Origin: Lama guanicoe
Lineage: Eukaryota
DNA length: 64,000 nt
Direction of reading: 5' to 3'
Assembly: GCA_013239625.1 (NCBI GenBank)
Contig: MU057202.1
Coordinates: forward strand, 3,609,101-3,673,100
In this document: positions 57,201-64,000 of the stretch, one piece after another
Position numbering within the stretch: the stretch's first letter is position 1
Layout of the letters: the number at the start of each line of letters is the position of its first letter
Made by a program: the position numbers and the translations under genes
The notes under the pieces: model-generated
What the model was told of the DNA's origin: nothing
What the model saw: only the letters and a program-made list of their open reading frames with translations
Databases searched by the model: none

Positions 57201-58444
57201 CCTGAGCTCTCCCTGAAGATGCCGCCCCCACCTCGATGACCAGCCCTCTGCCTGGCCTCCCACGTCTTGAGAGCTACAGGGCGCCCCCAACGGCTGCCCC
57301 CAAGTGCCCCACCTGCCCACTTCCTGACACGGGCACCCTGCCTCCATCCCGAGGGTGACGAGATCCTGCGTGACCACCGTGGTTTGGGTGGTGTCCACGC
57401 ACTTTACAAAACGCTGTGTCCCCTGCGGGCAGCCTGGGCTCCTGGTTGCCATCGGCGCATGACCGTGGGTCACTCTTGTCCCCTCACAGTGTGGTGCCAA
57501 CTGGTTGGCGTCTACAGCTCTCTGGTCCCCACCAGACCTGGAGGATGTGTCCACGTGTCTCTGCCACGGGGAACCCGGGAGGCGAATCACCCCTTAAGCA
57601 TCATCTCCGGGGAAACCACAGCAGAGGGTCTGAGTGGGAGTCATGACCGTAGCTCGGGGCAGCGTTGCCTGAAGACACCAGGGTCATAGCTGTCATTCTC
57701 TGCAAGCTGGATGGGCTCAGCGTGGCTGGGTCCAGGGCACACGCGCTGCTCCGTCCGTTGTCGGGGACCCTCACGTCCCTCTGTTCCTGAGAACTCACAA
57801 GTCCCCATCCTGTGAGAGCAAAGAGCCCAGCTCTCTGAACGTGCCCCGCCCCAGGCCCTTCCTCGCACCAGCTCCGCCACTCGAGATGCCTTGTCTTCCC
57901 ACGAAAATCCTCTCCTTCAGGGCCCTGGGCAAATGCCACCTCCTCCTGGAAGCCCATCGTCCCCTCTGAAGTCAGCGGGCTCTCTGCAGAGTCCCGCCCC
58001 TCTGTGAGCACACGGTTCAAGCCTTTCACTCAGGCGCAGGGGGAGCAGGCACGGCCCCACCATGGCCCCCAGCCCTTGGCCGACCTGGGTGTTCGGTGCC
58101 GAGGAGGCTGTGGGGTAAATCGATAGGTGAAGATGACGGAGTGGCTGCGGGGGCGCAGGGTCTCTGGCTTCTGAAAACCACGGTGAGGGGCGGTGAGGAG
58201 GGGCACTGGGGTCATCAGGTCCCCAGGACACCAGTTTCTGTGTCTAGCTCTTGAGGTGCCCTGCGTGGGCTCTGCCGAGAGACGAAGCTGTATCAGCCGT
58301 GCAGGGGCCCCCAGGGTGGGACGCGGTGGGAGGCCTGGGTGAGGCGGGCCTTTGAGGGGCTGGCTGCGCCCCACGCGTGCCTCTCCCCAAGACACCAGAG
58401 AGCAAGCAGGAAAGAGTTAAGTCCTCTGTGAGGGACTGGGAGAG

Positions 58445-58620
58445 GGAAGTGGTAAACAGTTTTTCTCTCCCTGGGCTAAATTAATATGCAAATTCCTCAG
58501 CCCCCTCCACTCCCTTCCCCTGCCTCGAAATCAGCGAGGTAGAATGCTCCGGCTAATTATGCATTCAAACGAGCGGGCTGCTGCTCGGCTGGGAGGGTGC
58601 TGAACTGATTGTGAGAACAG
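58445..58620. promoter_or_regulatory. POU/forkhead motif island; candidate conserved enhancer
   Basis: GTAAACA 58452-58458; TTAATATGCAAAT 58481-58493; ATGCATAATTA on the minus strand 58554-58564. Confidence 0.5.
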
Positions 58621-61600
58621 GGAGCTGACATGCCGCTGGCCCTCCTGGTGCAGCTGGGGCCGCTCCCCTGTGCAGGCAGATGTGACCCGGCAGTGGCCAC
58701 CACTCCCCCCAACCCCCGCTCGGGCAGGGGTGCCAGGACTAGCCCCTGGCGAGGGGAGGGGGCCCCGAAGAGACCCCATGCACCGTCCCCCTTCCCCCAC
58801 AGCCACACCCCACATCCCCATCCACAAGCAGGAGCAGGAGCCCCCCCTCCAGGTCCCTGTGCAGCTGGTGCCGGGGGGCAGGGCGTGGGCTGGGCGGGCT
58901 GGAGCGGGCAGGGGTCTGCACCGAGGCCCCGGGCAGGGGTGGCCAGGCAAGCAGAGCCCTCCCCTCGGGGCCCTCTCAGCAGAGCACCTCTCATGGCGGT
59001 TTTATAATGCAGCGGCTGCAGGTTAAACTTCGTCCCCCAAAGGGATGCGTGTGGGCGTGTGGCACACAGGGGAGAACGGAGAACAGAGGCAGCCTGGGCC
59101 CACGGCGGGTGGTGTCTGCTCTGGCTCCCTGCCGCCACTCCCGGCCCCCAAGACCCCTCCGTGCAGCCTCCTCCTGCACACACTGTCCCCCTCCTGGTGC
59201 CCCTCCCCTGCCTCTTCCCCACCTCCACCCAGGACCCACCCCACCAAGGGCCGCCCGAGCCCCCACCTGGGAGGCCTCCCGCCGCGGCCTTGTTCTGGCC
59301 GTGGGCTTAGCCTCCCCCACCCTGTCTGAGTGGGTCTTCCCAGCTGGCCTCCAAGGCCTGCAGGACAGCCTCATGCCGGGCTCCGTGGCCTCCTGGTGCC
59401 TGGTCCCCTGCTCCGTGTGCGTGAACCCCTGCCCAGTGAGAAGCCAGTGAAAGGACGGCCGGTGCCCTGCTCTGCTGGACGCGCTGGCAGCCACAGGGGA
59501 AGGAGTGCCCATGTGAGCGGTTTTTGCAACTGCAGAAGGTTTAGAAGAGTGGGTAGGCCCTGGTACCCTCGCCAGGCAGGACAGACAATGACTGGGGTCT
59601 CGGCATCCCCAAGCCTGAGGGCTGACCTGGGCTAGAGAGGGGTGCGGACCCCCTGTCCCTACCTGGAAGCAGGCGTGTGGGCCGGGCTCTGAAGGGCGCA
59701 GGAGTGGGCAGAGCCTGTGGGTCCCAGGCCCAGGGCTGTGACGGGTGAGGTCGCGACCCTGTGCGGGCCTCCGTGTCCCCACCCACACTGTAAGGCTGTG
59801 GGACAGATGCTCCCCTAGGTCCTTCATGTCAGGTTCTCAGTCCAGGACCCTGTTAGTCCATCTGTCTGTCCGTCCATCGCCCCAGAAGCACTCACTGAAG
59901 GCCTCTGGGTGCCCAGTGCTGGCCTCAGCAGAAGGCTCCCAGGTGACCCTCCTCCCCATTGGGGAGAAGAGGAAACAAGACCGGGAAGCAGAGGAGACAG
60001 CCCCCTGGACCCAGTGAGGACCCGCAGGGCAGGCAGACGCCCCGCCCTCCACACCTGCCCCAGGGACAGCCCTGGTTTCTGGAGTTGCGGGGTCAAGGAG
60101 CTGCAGGAACACGGGACTGTTCATCGGGTCAGGCGCGAGATGGCGTCACCATGAGGGTATGGCACGTGGTCCCAGCTTCCCCTGACCCCGGAGGCAGGCA
60201 CTTGCGGGTCAGGCAGGGAGGAGAGCCGCCAGCGTCACCACCTCGTAGGAGGCTCAGCTCTGAGCAGCCACCGCAGTAATAAATAGAGCAGACAGACCGG
60301 CGTGGAGGAACCCCAGGTGAGGAGGGAGACCGGAGGCGGGGTGTCGTCGAGGCCGCCAGGGAGGGGGTCTGAGAGCGCAGGGTCCACGGCAGGACTGGCT
60401 GTCTGCCCCACCGGCTGTGACCCGGGTTCCTGGAGGAGAGGGTCCAGATGGCCGGCCACCCTTGACGCCACGAGAGACCCCACTCCTGACCCAGGATGAG
60501 CACTGGCTACTCTGGGCAGGGGTCTCTGGGAGGGACTGGAAAGCTCTTCTGGAGACGGTCGTGGTCCGGGGGCTTTGTCCCAGCAGTTCCCCGCGTGGCT
60601 GTGGTTCTGGCACAGCTGCTTCCTGCCCAGCAACGCCAGGCCGCGGTGCAAATTAACACCATTTGTTCTGCAGAACGTGCATTACTTCTGCGCTCCATGC
60701 ACAGCTCATTACCTCGTGGCTGCTTGGGGAGAGATGCAAGGCTGGCCCCTCCAGCACCTACACCCCCAGCCCACCTCCTGTGCGTGGAAGCCTGGGTGGT
60801 TCCTGGGCAGGAATGGCGGGGATCTCCTGTGTGTGGCAGAGTGAGCCCGGGGCCAGCGCCCTGGTTCTCCTCCTTAGAGCACCCGGGGGTGTGTGCTGCC
60901 CAGGGAAGCCCTGGAGGGAACTCAGGCCCCAGTGGGCACAGCCTCCCTGTGGTCATTGCCTGCGACCGGAGCAGGGCCCTCTCAGACCCCTCACACAGTG
61001 ACTCTCATGGAGTCTCCCTCCGTGGGGGTCTCGGCAGCCACTCGCCCCGCTAGCCCTCACTCCAGACCTGGGAGACCGCTGAGCGGAGGGAGCCAGTGCA
61101 GGAAGGCAGCTGGACCTTGTGGAGGACTTCCTTAAAGACCCTCTACACACCACTTTCCTCAGCTTAGACCAGGGCCACAGGGTCCCTCCCTGCCTTCCCG
61201 GTGGGACAAGCCTGCCGGTCTCTTCCCTCCACCCCGGAACTTCTGCAGCCCCTGCCCCGCCTCTCCAGGGGTGGGGTCCCAGTGAGGTGTGCGTGGTCCC
61301 CCAGACTGGCCCCTCGACTGAGGGAAACCTCCACAGGAGGGTCAGGCAGCCTTGGTGGCTCTGCTGGGAAGGGCCACTGAGTCCATCTGGAGACCCTCTT
61401 CCTGCCAGTGACACCTTCCTTCATGGAGGGCGCTGGACCAGAAGGTTCCATCAGGCTCCTCGGTGAGGGCCGTCCTCTGAGGGTGGTCCCCGGGGGGAGG
61501 TGGCAGAGGAGTTGTGTAGACCCACGGTGGCCAATGGCAGTGGCTGGCCAGGCCTAGTGGAGCCCCGTCACCAACTGCTGGCTTTTCTTGGGGCCACTGG

Positions 61601-61639
61601 GGCCAAGCACCATCCCCCGTGAACTCAAGCATGGCTGGG

Positions 61640-61715
61640 ACTACCGTCCCGTTTTACAGATGAGACAGTGGGGCCCAGAGAGGACAAGGGTCACACAGCC
61701 AGCACCGAGCTGCCC
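61640..61715 (-). mobile_element. MIR SINE fragment
   Basis: tcccgttttacagatgagacagtggggcccagagagg...gggtcacacagc. Confidence 0.8.
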
Positions 61716-62160
61716 CCGCCCGCTCTCCAGCCCCCGTCCCTGACTTCAGCGGACCGTCCAGCAGCATGGAGGGTGTGTGGGAGCCAACTGAGACCCTGGC
61801 CGCGGCCCTGGGCCTCCCTTCTCCTCTGTCCAGCCCCCACCTCCCATCCAGCAATCCCGCTGGAGGGCAACCGGAGCCTCGGCTCTGGCCTAAACAAACA
61901 CCCCTCAGGTCTGCCAGGCAGGAGGACTGGAGCACACGTCAGCTCTGGGGAGAGGAGGGCCAGGGCCCCACGTGCGGCCCCGGCCTGCGAGGAGCTGCAG
62001 AGGGGCGGCCAGCCTCAGAGCTTCGGGGATGCACCTGGCACCATCGGAGAGCATCGGCCCGGGGCTCAGCCAGCAGGTCGCTCACAGGCGCTGATAGTAC
62101 GGTGGCCAGCAGCCATCCCAAGGGGCTCTGCCCGGTCAGTGGGGCCCTCATCTCATGGAA

Positions 62161-62416
62161 GGCTGAGATAGGGGCCAGGGCCTGGGACCCATGCAGGTGG
62201 AGCACCTGGTCCACCTGTGTGAGCGGCTGAGGTAGGGGCCAGGGGCTGGGACCCATGCACGTGGAGCGCCTGGTCCACCTGTGTGAGCGGCTGAGATAGG
62301 GGCCAGGGGCTGGGACCCATGCACGTGGAGCGCCTGGTCCACCTGTGTGAGCGGCTGAGGTAGGGGCCAGGGGCTGGGACCCATGCACGTGGAGCGCCTG
62401 GTCCACCTGTGTGAGC
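62161..62416. repeat. 64-bp minisatellite, 4 near-identical copies
   Basis: Units start at 62161, 62225, 62289 and 62353; consensus ggctgagRtaggggccaggggctgggacccatgcacgtggagcgcctggtccacctgtgtgagc. Confidence 0.97.
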
Positions 62417-64000
62417 GGAGGCTGAGGCCACTCGGTGCCAGGCCCCTGGCCAGAGCCCCTGCCGCCCCGTCCTTGCTCCCACCAGGCATGGCTGGGGACA
62501 GGGCACGGCCACTGCAGCCCTGTCTGTCGTGTCTCAGGGACCTGGTGGGGAGACCTGGGAGCTCTCACGGGCTGCAGACAGAAGCTGGGTTCTCTATGGA
62601 CTTTGCAAGGGTCTGGGGGTGCCCAGCGTGACCAGCGTGGACGGGTCACTGTGTCTGGCCCAAAGCACGGGGTTGGGTCCATTTTGCTCTGTTATGAGTC
62701 CAGTCCCCATGCATGGAAACCTGCACGTGGGTTTTCAACTGACAAACAAGTAGGTGGGGGGGTGACAGGCGAGCAAAGTGTGGCCGCCACATAGCAGGTG
62801 GGACTTTGTGGGCCGAGGGGGGTCCTGTGGGCATGGGGCAGGGGTCCAGCAGGCACCAGAGCAAACACGTGGAGGAAGCGCCGACCCCTGTCCAGCTGGG
62901 GCCGTGATGTAGCGCGGCTTGTCTTTGGGGTGGCCTGTGCCCACACAGAGTGAAACAAGGCTTGACGTGGGGAGACGGGTGTGTGCAGCACCGCGTGTTC
63001 CCGGGGGCAGGGGGCCAGGGGCCGGGGCTCGCTTTCGGCGGGGTGGGGAGCTGCAGAGGCGTTTCGGTCAACAGGCAGAAAGACCCCATGAATATTTCAT
63101 CAGGGCAGTGCCGGCCGCCAGGAACACCGGTCCCTAGGGGGCCGGGAGCTTGCGCAGGAAGCAGGACTGTGAAATGCGGAGTGGGCAGGGGCAGGGGCCT
63201 CCTCTGCCGCTGAGGATGGCTCTCGTGTCCAGCCGCTTGTGGTCCCTCCCACTCTGCCTGTCACTGCGCCGGCTCAGGCCACCACCCCGTTTCTGTGGAC
63301 GCAGGCCTGCTGGTGTGGGGGCAGGTGTCCTGGATCAGCTTCCTTGTCCCCCCAGCACAAGTCCCACTCCCTGCCCGCCCTGCCCCACCAGGTCCATGGC
63401 CAGGTCAGAGCCACTCAGGGTCAGGGGACCAGAGAAGGGCTCTGGACCCGGGGTCTGACTCTCTAGATGAGGCCACAGAGCTGGGGCCAGGGCCACCCAG
63501 GGAGGCAGAGAGAGCCTGCCTGGAGCTGGATGGGGGGGGCCGTGGTGGGCCTGGGTCCCTGCACCCACCCCTGGGGGAACCATGGACAGGCGCGGCTGCC
63601 CAAAGCCCCTTGGTTTCCTAAATCCCCTGCCGGGTGCTCAGACCAGGGCTCGCCCGGGCCAGGCCAGCACCTCACCTGCTGGTGTGGGTGTCAGGGCCAG
63701 CGACGGAGAGGCCTGGGGGCTAGGGACAGGATGGTGACGTGGCAGACTCTCACTGGAGCCAGGGCATGGCCCTGGCAGAGCTGGGAAGGCTCTCCACAGG
63801 GTCCTCCTGGTGCCACCAGCCGCACACCAAGGGGCTGCCCACTGAGGCCAGAGGCCTGGCTCTCTTGCTTGCTCTCAGGAGCCCCCAGAGTGCTGCCACC
63901 CAGTGCTCCCAGCTGGGACGCACTGCTGGCCCAGTTCCTGGAGATGGAGGCTGGGCCAGGTACCCTCTTTAGACCTCCCATTACCCGCCTGGTGAGGTGG

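Noticed and set aside
58085-58170. Possible minus-strand exon (KPETLRPRSHSVIFTYRF)
   Set aside because: Acceptor is plausible but the donor (CAG|GTCGGC) is weak, the peptide is unrecognised, and I found no partner exons
62161-62416. CRISPR-like array
   Set aside because: Head-to-tail repeats with no unique spacers, in mammalian DNA, with no cas genes; the same applies to 10284-10390
1-64000. Assigning a named gene or orthologous human locus
   Set aside because: No sequence that I can recognise with confidence; this needs an alignment

Overview
Mammalian, very GC-rich (roughly 60-65% by eye), apparently non-coding DNA, either intergenic or a large intron. Two tRNA-Ala-derived SINEs of the Vic-1 type point to a camelid (Camelus/Vicugna/Lama). 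I recognise no intact protein-coding gene: the long ORFs are stop-poor GC noise, and the only protein-like translations are decayed LINE-1 ORF1/ORF2 fragments. The window contains old repeats (L1M, L2, MIR, MLT1 LTRs), two minisatellites, two N-gaps, and a 2394-bp near-perfect duplication around one gap that is almost certainly an assembly artefact. The most meaningful signals are regulatory. (i) An orphan CpG island at about 42.2-43.5 kb has CCAAT/GC boxes and splice donors on both strands. (ii) An element at about 32.7-33.0 kb has two tandem CTG-N8-WGATAA (TAL1/GATA-type) composites. (iii) Short AT-rich islands between 39.5 and 60.7 kb are packed with POU, homeodomain and forkhead motifs and look like a developmental enhancer array. 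Two evolutionary oddities also stand out: apparent homogenisation between two distant MLT1 copies and a micro-inversion inside an MLT1 LTR. I found no firm evidence of a novel gene system; regulatory calls are motif-based inference, and repeat subfamily names come from remembered consensus sequences, not searches.
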